A stretch of 64,000 bases of DNA from assembly GCA_963693365.1 (NCBI GenBank), contig CAVNZM010000008.1:4059572-4123571 (forward strand), in the 5' to 3' direction. The number at the start of each line of letters is the position of its first letter. Position 1 is the first letter of the stretch. Both the position numbers and the translations under genes were made by a program. Below the pieces are notes generated by a model. The model was not told where the DNA came from, made no database searches, and saw nothing but the letters and a program-made list of their open reading frames with translations. This stretch comes from Amoebidium appalachense (taxonomy: Eukaryota > Protista > Ichthyosporea). Below, in pieces: positions 23,716-37,226 of the stretch.

Positions 23716-24300
23716 CTACCTAAGATCAAACACAGTGGTATATATACATGTACACGTGCGCGTATATCTCAACCTGTGTACATCCATACTAGATATCCGG
23801 TATAATATACCACAGCAGAACCTCACACACCTGGCTCTCCTAGTAGGGGTCTCCTCATCAAAGGAGCAGTGACCCATACAAGTGTTCCACACCTCTTCTC
23901 TACCACTGGACGACCCACTTTCATCTATTTGCTCTGTCTCGTCCCCTCCTTCTTCTCTTTTTTCTTCGTAACCATCTTCATTACTTGCTTTGTAGTCGCG
24001 CCATATGGCCTCAGGGACTCCTGACCTGCTAGGGCCCCGGGATTTTGCCTCCTGAACGAAATTCTTAGAGAAACCTGACATGCCACTCTCGCTTCGCACA
24101 CATTCGTCAATTGGATTAGTGTCGACCAACCCTAAACTCGGAAAGTCTTTCATCTTGTTGATGCATTTTGTTACAAACGGGTTGTCCCTGGTAACCACCA
24201 AGTTAGCGTCCGCGGGGATGGCCACAGCTTGCCAATCAGAGAGAAGAAGGGCCGCAGACAACAGGCCAAGAAAAAGAGAAGGGGAAACCGTTCGCAACAT
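23716..24300 (-). CDS. Small secreted Cys-motif protein, paralog 1 (194 aa)
   Basis: Signal-peptide-like N-terminus MLRTVSPSLFLGLLSAALLLSDWQAVA, acidic linker, C-terminal W..C...C...C...C motif. Clear homology to 29864-30368. Confidence 0.75.
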   Translation of the reverse strand: MLRTVSPSLFLGLLSAALLLSDWQAVAIPADANLVVTRDNPFVTKCINKMKDFPSLGLVDTNPIDECVRSESGMSGFSKNFVQEAKSRGPSRSGVPEAIWRDYKASNEDGYEEKREEGGDETEQIDESGSSSGREEVWNTCMGHCSFDEETPTRRARCVRFCCGILYRISSMDVHRLRYTRTCTCIYTTVFDLR

Positions 24301-25219
24301 TTTTCCGAGAGTTCTTTACGCTGTCCGCCAACTCGATCGTGATGACGGAATACACAAATTTCAAGTGGGCGGTGGCCCCTACAGAAAAAACTGTCTCAGC
24401 TAGACGTCTGGTGCTGTCACGGTCGAACTGTCTGTGGCCTGTGTGCTTCACCTGGTTGGGGGCCACACGGGCGCTCGTGTCACAGCCCGCACACTATTAG
24501 ATATTGGTGCACGTGGATCCTCCTCGAAGGCCAGTAAACAATTGCAAGCTTCAGGTGGATGAAACTCGGATTTAAATTAGTAATAATAAAGCATGTTCAA
24601 GTAACACAGGCTTTTTTTGATTTTGAAACGGGGAGGGAGGGGGGGAGAGGGGAGGTGCTCCCCGGGGCAAACGGCTTCAACTAAAAGCTCCGCACACGAG
24701 GTTCTTTAGAATCCCGAAGTTAATCGCAACTAACACATGCATTTCTCCCTAAATTGACCATGGTGCATGCCCTCAGGACTTGTTGGCGAGATGATATTGA
24801 TAGTGCTATCATCCTTCTTTTATCACCACTACACCTTGCACGTTAGAATGAGGATCATGCCGACACCTGCAATGTCACAGTGCACTCCAGGTCACACAAC
24901 TTGAGGCACGCATGTGTGCACAAACCGTGACACGCAGTCACACACACACACTGTGCACACACACAGTAAATGCCATGATGAGGCAGGAGAAAAACAGACC
25001 CGTAACTCGTGCACGCAGGCATGCACACATGCAGAAGGCATGCGCATGCAGGCACACTCACACACTAATCACATGCACACTCACGCGCGCACTCACAGAC
25101 TGCTGCAGAGTAACATATGCTAGGTTTTCGTGGTTGCACATACTATGATTCGCGCATACTGACACACGTTGCACACTTTCTCGATGCCTTTTTTCCTCTT
25201 ACTCCCTACATCCCCCCCC

Positions 25220-25254
<35 letters not shown>

Positions 25255-25728
25255 CCGCCTTTCTCCCGTCCTATCTCTCGCTCTCTATCCCCCCCCCCAC
25301 CCCCTTCCCCCCTCCCCCACCCCACACCACCCCAACCCCCCATCCCCATCACTTTCACACAGACAATAAAGCATGAATTAGCACCAATAACTTGAAGAGA
25401 AGCACTGGTATAGACGAGGGGGAAAAGACTGGTGGTGGCGGTGGTGGCGGTGGAGGGGTATAGACGAGGGGGAAAAGACTGGTGGTGGCGGTGGTGGTGG
25501 TGGAGGGGGAAGAGCGGGCAGGGGGCTTGGGGGAAGGGGGAGCTCGAGGGAGGGGGGGGGAGGGATCTCGGAGGTTCGCAGGTGCGCAATGGGGAAGGAG
25601 CCGTGGGACTCCCCGCGCAGGGTAGGGGAGGGGGGAGGGGGGGGGGGGGGGGGAAGGAGAGGAAGGGGTGGCACCAACCCCTCGTCGCAGGTGGGTCCCC
25701 CCCCACCCCCCCCCCCCTCACCACCACG

Positions 25729-25765
<37 letters not shown>

Positions 25766-25930
25766 CCCATATTTCAAAAAAAAAAAAAGCCTTAGCGGGT
25801 TGCTGCTGCCAGAACCGTAACACATACGATCAACTTCCATTTTTCTGGTGAAACATGTCTGGTTAATCACGGTGGCACGATACATACATATGTGTAGGGA
25901 ATGTTTTTCCTTTGCACGTTATGGGTTGGG

Positions 25931-25977
<47 letters not shown>

Positions 25978-26759
25978 GGGGAAAGGGGGGGGGGGGGGGG
26001 GGAGGGAAATAGGGGGAGAAAAAAAGGAAAGGGGGGGGGGGGGGATATATGAAAGCGGGGAGGGGGGGGGGGGGGGGGGGGGCAGAGCATAGGTTGTGTC
26101 TTTCCGATTCGCAATGTTAAGGTTATAATGTTAAGCTAGCGGTCCAAGTTTAAAGGTCGTGCATTAAATGCATCACTTTCTCTCTCTCTCTTTCTTTCTC
26201 CGAGTCTCTCTCTCTCTCTCCCCCCCCCCCCCCTTCCTCTCTCTCTCTCTCTCCCTCCCTCCCCCTCTCTCTCCCTTCCCCCCTTCCCCCCTTCCCCCCC
26301 CCTCCCTCTTTCTTTCTTCCCCTCTCCATCCCACTCCACCTCTATCTCTCGCGGCCCCTCCCTCCTCCCCCCGGTCCTTCACTCTGTCTCTCCTCCCCTC
26401 CCCCTTTCCATCCCCCCCCCCCCCCCCTCCCCCGCCCCCCGTCCGGAGCCCACTCTTCCCGATTCTATCTCCCCCTGGTCAATTATTGTTTATCTCTCTG
26501 TCTCTCTCCCGGTCCCTCTTCCCCCTAAGTTACAGAGATCATTCAGGGTAAAGATCATTTACCTATAAGGTAAAAAATATTCATTTATGAAAAATTCAAG
26601 TTGGTAGGGGCTACCGAGCCTATAGGCGGAGCTAGGATAATTATAACGAAGGGGAGGGGGGGGGGGGGGGGGGGGGGGGGCTCTGGCTTCCTTAGGCTGT
26701 ACGAGCCTGAGCTGCCTATGCACCTTTTTGTGTGTCAATGTACGTGTGCGTGTGGTGTG

Positions 26760-26820
26760 TGTGCACATGCGTGTACGCGCGCGCGCGCGTGTGTGTGTGT
26801 GCGTGTGTGTGTGTGTGTGT

Positions 26821-26868
<48 letters not shown>

Positions 26869-26921
26869 GTGTACGTGTGTGCGCGCACACATGCGTGTGT
26901 GTGTGTGTGCGTGACTGGTGT

Positions 26922-26984
<63 letters not shown>

Positions 26985-27077
26985 GTGCACGTGTGTGCAT
27001 GCACGCATGTGCATGTGTGTGTGCGTGACTGGTGTCACGGTGTGTGCGTGTCCGCGCGCGCGTGTGTGTGTATGTCA

Positions 27078-27128
<51 letters not shown>

Positions 27129-27250
27129 GTGTATGTGTGTGCGCGAACGCATGTGCATGTATGTTCTTATGCGTGTGTGTGTGTGGGGGGGGGGGGGGTA
27201 AGGGGAGGGGTGTATGTGTGTGTGTATGTGTCTGTGTGTGCGTGTGTGTG

Positions 27251-27335
<85 letters not shown>
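26760..27335. repeat. Compound (GT)n microsatellite array with roughly three higher-order repeats
   Basis: Long GT runs interrupted by recurring TTGTG(T/C)A(C/T)GTGTGTGC and GTGACTGGTGT units. Confidence 0.8.
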
Positions 27336-27336
<1 letters not shown>

Positions 27337-29048
27337 GCAATGTATGTGCGCACAAACAAAAAACCATTAGAAGTTGAATAAATTAATGCAAGTCATGTTG
27401 AAAAGAAACTTGGATTTGGAATCAACAAAAGTAAAACAAAAATGAACTTCCAACCACAGAACCGTTGATGATAAAACCAAATTAAACACAACGGCTCCAA
27501 AAGAAAGTGACCAAATATACTTATATATATATATATATAGCCACTGGGTTTTTTAGGTGCGTCCGGAACCCGGAGCCAGTTGGTGTAACCTCTGAAGAAA
27601 CAAACAGAAAAGAAAGGGGGAGAAGGCCAAAAAAAAAAAAAAAAAAAAAAAAATAGGGGATAGGAAATAAAAGTTCATCCTACAAACAGTGTATGGTCAT
27701 ATGCATTTATGGCTGCCCACTCTTTGGCCAGCAAACACACAGCATAGCAACATGGTGTCATGCAGCGATATTGGAAGCCCGTGCCCATACGTATGTACCC
27801 TCCCTCCGAGTCCTCCCCCCTTCTCCCCCCCCCCCCCTCCCCCCCCGGGTCTCTGCCCCTTGAGTCCCTCGAGGAGCTCCCCCGGGAACCTTTCGGAATG
27901 AATTGGAAGGTGTGTGTGTGTGCTGGGGGCTGGAAGGGGAGGGGCCTGTTGGGAAGGGAAGAGGGGGAGGAGAGGGGGGACGTGGGGGTGGGGTGGGGTG
28001 GGTGGGTGGGTGGGTGGGGGGGGGGGGATGTCAGTGGCACAAGTGGGTGTCAAGTTACTGTATGTGGTGTGTGATTTTGTGTGTACCGTATTGGTGTGTA
28101 CGTGTGCCTTCAGGTGTTTTTGTGTGTGCGGATGTTTGTGTGTGTGTGTGTGTGCGCGCGCGCGCACGCGTGTGTGTGTGTGTGTGTATGTGTATGCACG
28201 CCTGTAGGCGTGTGTACGTGTTTGTGCATGTGTGTGTCTGTGTTTGTGTGTGTATGGCGCGTATGCTACATGTAATTCTAGCTAGAACCCAATCAAACTA
28301 TCTTTGGCCCAACGGCAACTTTATCCCAAAAAATTATGATCAAAACCCCAATTAAAACAACTTCTGAAGGGCTGAAAAAACATAAGACGGAACCTATAAC
28401 CAAAAAAATGAAAACAAAGCAGCCGTAACACACACACATTGTGTGCAACTTTTTGTCCATCGGACGTGTTTTCGAGACTACAGATCTAGAAACGGCCGCG
28501 CATGCCCACGAGCATGTGCTTCCAATCCATCTACTATTAAAGGACGTAAACCTGCCCACTCCCTGGCCACTGTGCATATGTTAAAGCAACACGGTGCCAT
28601 GCAGTGCACGGACGCAAACAACCATCCTTATCCCCACCCCCACCCCCACCCTCCTCCCCACTCCACCCCCCCCCCCACCCCCCTCCCAAAAAAAAAAAAA
28701 AAAGGGGGGGGGGGGGGGGGGGGATACCCCCCCCCCCTTCCCCCCGCTCTAGAAAACGTTCCCACAGGACAAGGGGGTGAGCCTGGAGGTTGCGGGATTG
28801 GGTCGGGGGAGGGGGAGGGGGGTGCAGGCATCTTCCTCCCTCCGCCCTCCTCCCCCCTTCCCAGTCCCCCCTCCCCCTCGCCCCTCCTCCCTTCCTCCCC
28901 TTTTCTGATACTTCAGTGATCCACGCACATCACCCACCCTCCTTTATATACACACGGGCGTACGCATAGTACACACACATGCAAAAACAAAGACAGCCAC
29001 TCGCATATGCACGTCGGACACGCACGCGAGCGCGAACACGCAAACACA

Positions 29049-29103
<55 letters not shown>

Positions 29104-29338
29104 ACACAGCCACTAGTACCTCTTAAACTCCATCCGGCCTTCTGTGTGTTCAGATATATCTTTACAAGAATTTGCAAATGTGCGGTATGAGGCTGTGTGG
29201 TATTTAGAAAAAGAGGGGGAGAAGAGCGTATCCCCAAGGGGAAGGGTGGGGGGGGGGGGGGGGAGGGGGAGGGGGGGAGGCAGATGATTTGTCCCGGGGC
29301 GCCCGGGGCCCACGAGACGGGTGGATGGGGTGAAGGGG

Positions 29339-29382
<44 letters not shown>

Positions 29383-29571
29383 AGAATTACTTGGAGGAGC
29401 CATGCAGCATCACGGCTTATAAGTTACTGAGGAAACGTTGTTTGGTTACGGCGGAAAACGGACGCAATATTTGCATCATTGCATGCTGCATTCGTGATAT
29501 TAAAGCGTGCAGCAAGTCACGTAATATTCAAGTTAATCAGCACAGTGCCAACCTCCCTCCCCCCCCCCCCC

Positions 29572-29623
<52 letters not shown>

Positions 29624-29863
29624 ACAGAAAATCCTATGATCATATTATACTTCTGTTTTTTTGGAAAAGCGAGCTATTATCAAAGCCTCATTGTACAGCT
29701 ACTAATGATGTACATGTGTTAAAATGTATGTGCCAACATTGTGCAGGGCTGGGCAACCGAGTCTCAAAGTCGCGACACACGGTACTTCAATATTTAAAGC
29801 TTTATCCCGCCATTTTGTCGAGTTGAGGCATATATATGCAATGCCCCGCATTGCCCAGGTAGA

Positions 29864-30368
29864 CTATGTATATACCGTATTCATCACACAGAACCTGATA
29901 CAACTGTCCTTCGAAGCAGGCTCCTGATTGGAGCACTGCCCCCTACAATCGGCCCACACCTCTTCTTTAGCAAATTTACCACCAACCCACCATCCCTGTC
30001 TCGTCACCACCTTCGGAAACCTCTTCTTCTTTTTCTTCGTAATCATCTCCACTCGCTTTGTAATCACGCCATATGGCCTCTGGGTACTCTGACCTGCCAG
30101 GGCCCCGGTGGTTTACATTTTCCTTCCGCACGGAACTCTCAAAGAAGCTCGACAGGCCACACTCGTCTCGCACACACTCGTCAATTGGATTGTTGTCAAC
30201 CAACACAAAACTCGGAAAGCCTTTCATCCTGTTGATGCAGTTTACTACACATGGGTTAACCCTGGTTACCACCACGTTAGCGTCTGCGGGGATTGCCACA
30301 GCTTGCTCGGAGAGAAGAAGGACCGCAGACAACAGGCCAAGAAGAAGAGAAGAGGAAACGCGCAACAT
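29864..30368 (-). CDS. Small secreted Cys-motif protein, paralog 2 (frameshift near 29970-29995: pseudogene or sequence error)
   Basis: MLRVSSSLLLGLLSAVLLLSEQAVAIPADAN...PEAIWRDYKAS aligns with paralog 1. The C-terminal EEVWADCRGQCS...CIRFC lies in another frame (31-nt vs 36-nt linker). Confidence 0.65.
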
Positions 30369-31146
30369 TTTGACGAGGGATATGTTGCAACGGTCAGGAG
30401 AAATGATTTCAAGCTAGAGGTGTGCATACACTGCCTTAAATGTGCTGTTTCTGTTGTGACGTCGTATGATGTGGTTCCTTGTCCACTCATAAGAACGTCA
30501 GTCCTGCATAACTGGCAAGCTCTGCAGCCTGCAATCAGCGATGTATTTTGACCACAAAAGCAATTCATCTGACCAAAATAACTAAATTTGAATGCGTTCA
30601 AGTTACAGTAGTGCTAACTCACGTATTTACGCGTGTATATACATTCAAAGTTTACACTATTTAGTTGCATCATGCGTTTATTTATCTTGACTCAGCCGAT
30701 CAGGCATGCATGTCGCAGTGCCACGTGCACGTGCAATCACGCAGTGCGCACTTTTGATGCAAGCTTAAGTCATAAGCTTATTATAGCCTGGTCACTTGCT
30801 TGCTTCATGTATGTCTAATGTTGTTCTCACGTTGCAGCGTTTAATCACAAGTAAGTCTGCTCACTGAGCAGCCCATGTGAAACCGCAAAAAAAAACCGCA
30901 CTGTCCTCGGCGCACGCAAAGACTCCTAAACTCATGCTAAAATTTTAATGAGGCATGCAATGAGGAATTTGCTGAGATCTTGCGCCCGGACGCCTGAGAT
31001 ACAGTCAACCGGTGAGCCCAGCCATGAGCCCAGCCCAGGCGGCTCTCCGGATCCAAGAGTCTGTCTACTCGTATGGCCGTGCTCTAAATCAGTACATGTA
31101 CATGTGCTTTTAGAATTAGTAGTACCTATCCCTTCTCTCTCAAGCT

Positions 31147-31190
<44 letters not shown>

Positions 31191-32583
31191 TTCAGTTACT
31201 GAGTCGGGAGGATGGGTAGTGGGTGTGGTGGGGAGGAGGACATGATAACCTTTGCGTACGCAAGGCTGTTTGGGTTAGGAGAAAGGGGAGGGGAGGGGGG
31301 GGGGAGTAGGAAGGGGAGTCCGTAGGTTTTACACTCATGGTGGGTGGCTTGAGAGGTCCGCGTGGCAGTCCACGGGTGCTATGTGGGACATAGTGCTAAT
31401 TATCACAACTAGTACTGTGGGATATGCAATAAATGGATACTATGTGGCCCAGCCCCATTGTTCTGCACAGTCTGGGCTGGTTGGAGCGAGAAAACAGATG
31501 GATATAACAGCGATGGGCTGGCATATGCCATGCGGCTTCTTGGAGCTGGTCCGAATTCGAAAACGGTCCGAAAAGAGTGCACTGGTATCGCAGTGTTACA
31601 TACTGTTTTTTCACTTTACACAAACATGAATTCGGTATATAGTGTACATGTGTATGTTGTGTGGGATATCACGGGTGTACATGCAGGCCATATTTCGAGG
31701 GTGTAAATATGATATAGAAAGGGTATAAATGTTGTATATCGCAGGTGTGAATGTATTACATAATGTACATGTATCTATCACATCACAGGTGTTGAAGGCA
31801 CTTTAACAAATTTTTTGAGGCAAATTTACATTTACTAAGTAAAATTGTATAACGTTATGCAGGTTTGAGCATAACCTTATGCACGTTTCAAAAAATTAAA
31901 ATTGTAATAACTTGGGAACCGTTCAACCAAAATGCACCAAGTTTTCACAGTTAATGTGTTGTTATACCCCCTGCACACGTCCACTGAGATACCAGCAAAA
32001 CAGTTTGATCTGCTTAAGCGATCACGAAAAAACATGAAAAAACCTTTAAAAAACTTTAGGTCAAATTTTTCGGTAAAATCCCTTGTTGGTGTATGATTCA
32101 CGAGTATTTTACAGAAGTAACTGCATGTGGTGTATCAAAGAACTGTTGGACCTACAACTTCTTCCACTACCATACTTTCGGTAAGACTCCCCCCCCCCCC
32201 CCCCCTCTTCCTCCTCCCTCTCCCCTCCTCTCTCCCCCCACTCCCCCCCACCCCCCACCCCGTCCCCTCCAAAAACACACACACACACACAAAGAAAAGA
32301 AACGAAGACCCCCTTCAAACACCACCACAGCCATTGTCGCAAACTTGTGCATTGCAGCACAACCATCACGCACACACTCTCTCTCCCATCTGCCCACCGC
32401 TACTAAGTTACAGCCTGGAGGGGGTGGGGTGGGGGTGGGGGGGGGGGGGGGGGGGGGGGGGGAATAAACGGTGAATAAAATAGAGCGTGTAAAGTTTAAC
32501 CAACACTATCGAAACACAATAAATTTCCACGAGTGCCCCATGTCAGGGCCCTGCCCAAAGAACAGGTAGTCCTCCGGAGCGAT

Positions 32584-33654
32584 CTAAGGCTCCATGTCGT
32601 TAGGCCCCGGCTTGGCAGCCGCCCCCCCGCCGGTCTCCCCTGCACCCGCACCGAAATCCCCGACCTCCCTCTCGACATCCAAAATATCACCCCCACCCGT
32701 ATTTACGTGCATAGAGCCCCTCTCATATCCCGCCACAAACCCCGAAATTTGCTTTTCCTCCTCCTTCCTGCTTTCGACCATCTTCTGCTCCTCATCCTTC
32801 TCAGCCTCCCCTCCGATTTTCTCAGTTTTAATTCCGAGCGATTCCATGTTTTCCATTGAATTTTCGATTCGACCCCCCTCCGTAGCGGTGATGTTAGTGT
32901 TTACATTCAGAGGAGGAAGGGTCTCATAGAGGGTGGTTTGGGTGTGAGTCATGGTGTCCCCCACACTGTTTGCAGTCTGGCCGGAAATAGGTCCAGTGGG
33001 GATAGAACCGGCCGCAGGTGCAACAGTGGCGAGAGTAATGAGTGGGTTATCTTGCGGACTGGTGGGAGCAGTGGTGGTGGTGGCCGGAAACTGGGTGCTG
33101 GTGATGGTATTTGCGGTGTAAAACCCCCCCTCTTGGGGCCCCTGGCCATGCATGATGCTCTCTCCGCCTGGGGCCTGGATCGGGGTAGGCGCCGTGGTCG
33201 AGAATGGGTTGGTTGAAGCGTGGCCGGCGGTGCCAAAACCCCCCTCACCCCCAACACTCCCGGGGGTACAGACACTGTAGGACCCCGTAGCTGTGGGTGT
33301 GGACATGAAAATAGAACCCCCCTGAGCCGCATTTTCGACCCCAACAATCCCCAGCGCAGCGGACGGATGCTGGGTGACTGGAGTAGCAAAATTTCCATAA
33401 AACCCCCCTGCCGTTGCGCCGGGGTGCTGCTGGGTAGGCGCCATCGGGGGGGTCGTGTGGGTGGGGTCTAGGGAGCCGGCCCCCTGGACCGGTGCAGGGA
33501 CGACATACTCGGTGGTGGACACGGTGTGGCGCACATGAACATAGGAGCCGGCAACAGCACCACCTGTGTTTGGTGGTTTTGGTTTAAAGTCGTCACTTTA
33601 ATTATTACGCTATGAATCAGTGAACCTGGGAGGGGGGGGTGGGGGGTGGGGGGT

Positions 33655-33710
<56 letters not shown>

Positions 33711-33874
33711 CAGGTGAGGAGGCGAAAAGGGAGAGGGGGGAGGGGGGGAAAGGGGGGGGAGAGGGGGCAGAAGGGGGCGGGGTAAAGTTGGGGGTGAAGT
33801 GGCAAAGGAGAGGGAAGTGGGTAGTGGGCGGGGGGGGGGGGGGGGGGGGGAGGGAAGGGGGGGGGAAGGGAGAA

Positions 33875-33920
<46 letters not shown>

Positions 33921-34409
33921 GGGGGAGCAAAAGAGACAAAAGGAGAACACTGGGAAGGTGGTGATTGCACTAGAATTTGAGCCGGAATGGGGCAGTTGGA
34001 ATAGGCGCCCCCTGCCGCCCCCCACCTCCACCACCACCACCACAGACAGGTTTTTTGACCAACACAGGTGTGTGTGTGTGTGGGTGTGTGTATGTGCGTG
34101 TGTGTACGTGTGTGTTGGAGAGGGGGGGGGGGGGGGGGGGGGGGGGGTCCTAAGGACCCTTTCGAACCGTAATATAATATTGAATGTTACTTTATGTTAC
34201 AAAAGGTGTGTTGGAAAAAGGGGAAATCAGATAAACGAGCGAACACAATTTTCCCAGGTACCGTAGTAAGACTAGCCGTATAAATGATATTTCCCTCCAC
34301 AAGACAAAGAAAACCTCCTTGATTGAAAGAGATTTTGAGGAAATCGATTATTGGTGTGGAAGGGGAAAAAAAAAAAAGGGGGGGGGGGGGGACGTTTTTT
34401 TTTTTTTTT

Positions 34410-34453
<44 letters not shown>

Positions 34454-35504
34454 GGGAGGGGAGGGGGGGAGGGGAGCAGAAGGTTTTTGGTTCGAGGGGT
34501 TGGTGGGTGAGTGGGTGGGTGGGTGGGTGGGTGGGCGGGAGGGGGGTGGGGGGGTGGGGGGTTGGATGGGTGTGTGTGGTGGGGGGCAAAGGGAAAAGAG
34601 AGAATAAAAGAGGGGGAGATAATGTGGAGGAGGGACACGAGGACGGGAACTTGGGCCCCCAGGGGGAGGACCAAGGGGGAAAAGGGGGTACACGACCGTT
34701 GTGTGGAAAGAACAGAAGGGGGAAAAGGGGGGAGGGGGGGGTACACGACCGTTGTGTGGAAAGAACAGATAAAGAAGGATTGCAGGGGATAAAGGATAAA
34801 CCGGGGGTGGGGGTGTGTGTGGGGGGGGGGGGGAGGGGGGGATTGGGGTTGGTGAGAAGGGCTAAAAGTGTGAACTAAAGCCGCGCAAAAAATGTCAAAA
34901 GAGAGGGAGGGGGGGGGGGAGTAGGGACTGGGGCGGAGGGGGAGGGCCCGGAGGGGGAGGGGGGGAGATGGGGTGGGCGAGCAAATGAGGGTAGGGGAAA
35001 GAACGGGGCGAGAGGGGCAGGGGAGAAGGGGGGGGGGAAAGACAATACCATATGGGAGGGTCTGTGTGGAAGTCTGGTGGGGTGGATACGGGGCCGTGGT
35101 GGACACTTGAAACGGATTTGACCCATAGGACCCCCCTGCGCATATCCGGCCGTGGCCTGGGGGAACACGTAGGAACCCCTCTGCGGATATTCAGCCGTTG
35201 CCTGCTGGGGTACATAGGACCCCCCCTGAGAGTAGCCAGCCATAGGCTGTGGGGACCCATAGGTTCCCCCCTGAGGATAGGGGGCAGCGGCAGGCTGGGG
35301 GGAGCCGTAGGGCCCCCCTGAAAATGCAGGTGCAGCAGAGTGTGGGTAGCCTGAAGCAGGTTGGCCGGGCAGCGTTGGATATGCAGGCACCTGATACGAG
35401 AAAAATCAAATTTCAAGGGGTTTTATGCTTTTCCTCCTTTCCCCCCGCTTTCCTGCCATTAAGCAGGCGCGGAGGGCGGGGGTGGGTGGGTGGGTGGGTG
35501 AGGG

Positions 35505-35537
<33 letters not shown>

Positions 35538-36322
35538 CTGCAAAGCTTCTGTCCTCCCAGCCTTCCTTGTACTTCCAACCAAGAGGGGGAGGGAGGGAGG
35601 GAGGGGGGAGAGGGAGGGGGGGAAGGGAGGAAAAAAGGCGGGAGGGGGGAGGGGGGGTGGGGAGGGGGGGGGAGGGGGGGAGGGGGGAGGGGGGGGGGGA
35701 GACAAAGTATGGGTGAGGGAAAAATTGTGGTGAGATTTTCTTCTGGGCCAAAAGGTAGCTAAGCAGATCAGATGGCTGTGAATTTGGGCACAAGGAGAGA
35801 GAGAGGGGGGGGGGGAGAGAAAAAGAGAGAGCGAGAAGGGAGGAAAGGGGGGGGGGGGGGGGGGGGGGGGGATGGAACCTGTGATGGGTAAGGGGCAGAG
35901 GTCATCGTTTGGAATCCACCCGGCTGGGAGGCTGGCTGGTTATAGAACCCCCGCCCAAAGTCGGGTGCTTGGCTTGTGGGAGGCGGGGTGCCTGCTATTT
36001 GAAAATTCGTGTCAGAACAAGATGATTGGAGAAGTGATGCCAACAAGACAAATTTCGGTGGAGGCTTTTTACAATACTGATGGTATGGTAGTTACGGGAT
36101 GCACCCCCTTTCTTTTCTTTTCAATTTCTTTTTTTTAATTTCCCTTTTTTTGGGGGGGGGGGGGGGGGGGGGGGGGGGGAGGGGGGGGGGGGGGGGGGGG
36201 TTCAAACGGAGGGCCGGGAAGGGGGGGGGGGGGGGAGTTGGTGCAATGTTGGTGATAAAGTATTAAGTGAAACGTTCAGAAAAAGATGATTTTTTTTTGT
36301 GTGTGTGTGTGTGTGTGTATGT

Positions 36323-36353
<31 letters not shown>

Positions 36354-36518
36354 TTAGGTAACGTTAACCTGAGAGGGCAGGGCAGGCAACTGTAAAGATT
36401 AGGGGATAAAGCAGGTATCTTTACAGGGATCCAGGGAACTAAATCAGGATTTAGGGTCTGGCTAATGGGAGCAGAGGGCTGCGAATATGGCAAGACATCC
36501 AGGGGGATTACCATCATG

Positions 36519-36555
<37 letters not shown>

Positions 36556-36663
36556 CAGGGCTCAGGGGGGGGGGGGGGGGGGGGGGAGGGGGTCCAGGCA
36601 TTCTTTTGTATTTCTTTTTTTTTGGGGGGGGGGGGGGGGGGGTTCCACGGATCATTTCTTTCA

Positions 36664-36694
<31 letters not shown>

Positions 36695-37076
36695 GGGTCC
36701 AGACAGTCTTTTGTTTTTCCTGTTTCTTTTTATAAGGCTTGCTTTCTTTCTTTCTTTTCTTTTTTTTTTTTTTGGGGGGGGGGGGGGGGGAGGGGGAATT
36801 CTTGCCTGCAGAGGGAACACCCCCACCATATGAACCCGGACCCCAATTTCCGGCGTGCTGAGGTGCACATGCCCCATAGGACCCCCCCTGGTTGCTGCCA
36901 GACATATCCATAAACCCCTCTGCACCAGCTGCGTCCGCAACCGTCCCCTTTGCTTCTTCGGTCATTTCTTTGAGTTTCTCAGACTCGGATAGGGGAAGAG
37001 GTGGGGTCGGTAGTGTGGATTGCAGGGGTGGGAGGGTGTCTGGGTAGGTGGTGTCGGTTGCACTGGAGTCAGCCAT
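32584..37076 (-). CDS. Multi-exon Pro/Gly/Tyr/Gln/Thr-rich disordered protein (YPQGGSY-type repeats, acidic C-terminus)
   Basis: Exons 36806-37076 (GC donor AG|GCAAG), 35879-35991, 35049-35390, 32584-33563, with phases 1, 0, 1. One extra base in the C6 run at 35131-35136 is needed to keep the QGGSY repeat frame. The ATG directly follows an AG, so upstream exons are possible. Confidence 0.7.
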
Positions 37077-37195
37077 CTGTGAAAGAAGAGAGTGGGAGAG
37101 AAGGGCCAGCAGTAAGTGGGTGGGTAGATGTTTTTGGAGGGATTTCCCTGGAGGAGGGGAGGGGAAAGGGGCGGGGGGGGGTTGTGTTGGGAAGA

Positions 37196-37226
<31 letters not shown>

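Noticed and set aside
29968-29989. 22-nt GT-AG micro-intron that would repair the frameshift in secreted paralog 2
   Set aside because: All supported introns here are hundreds of nt long and paralog 1 has no intron. An indel or sequencing error is simpler.
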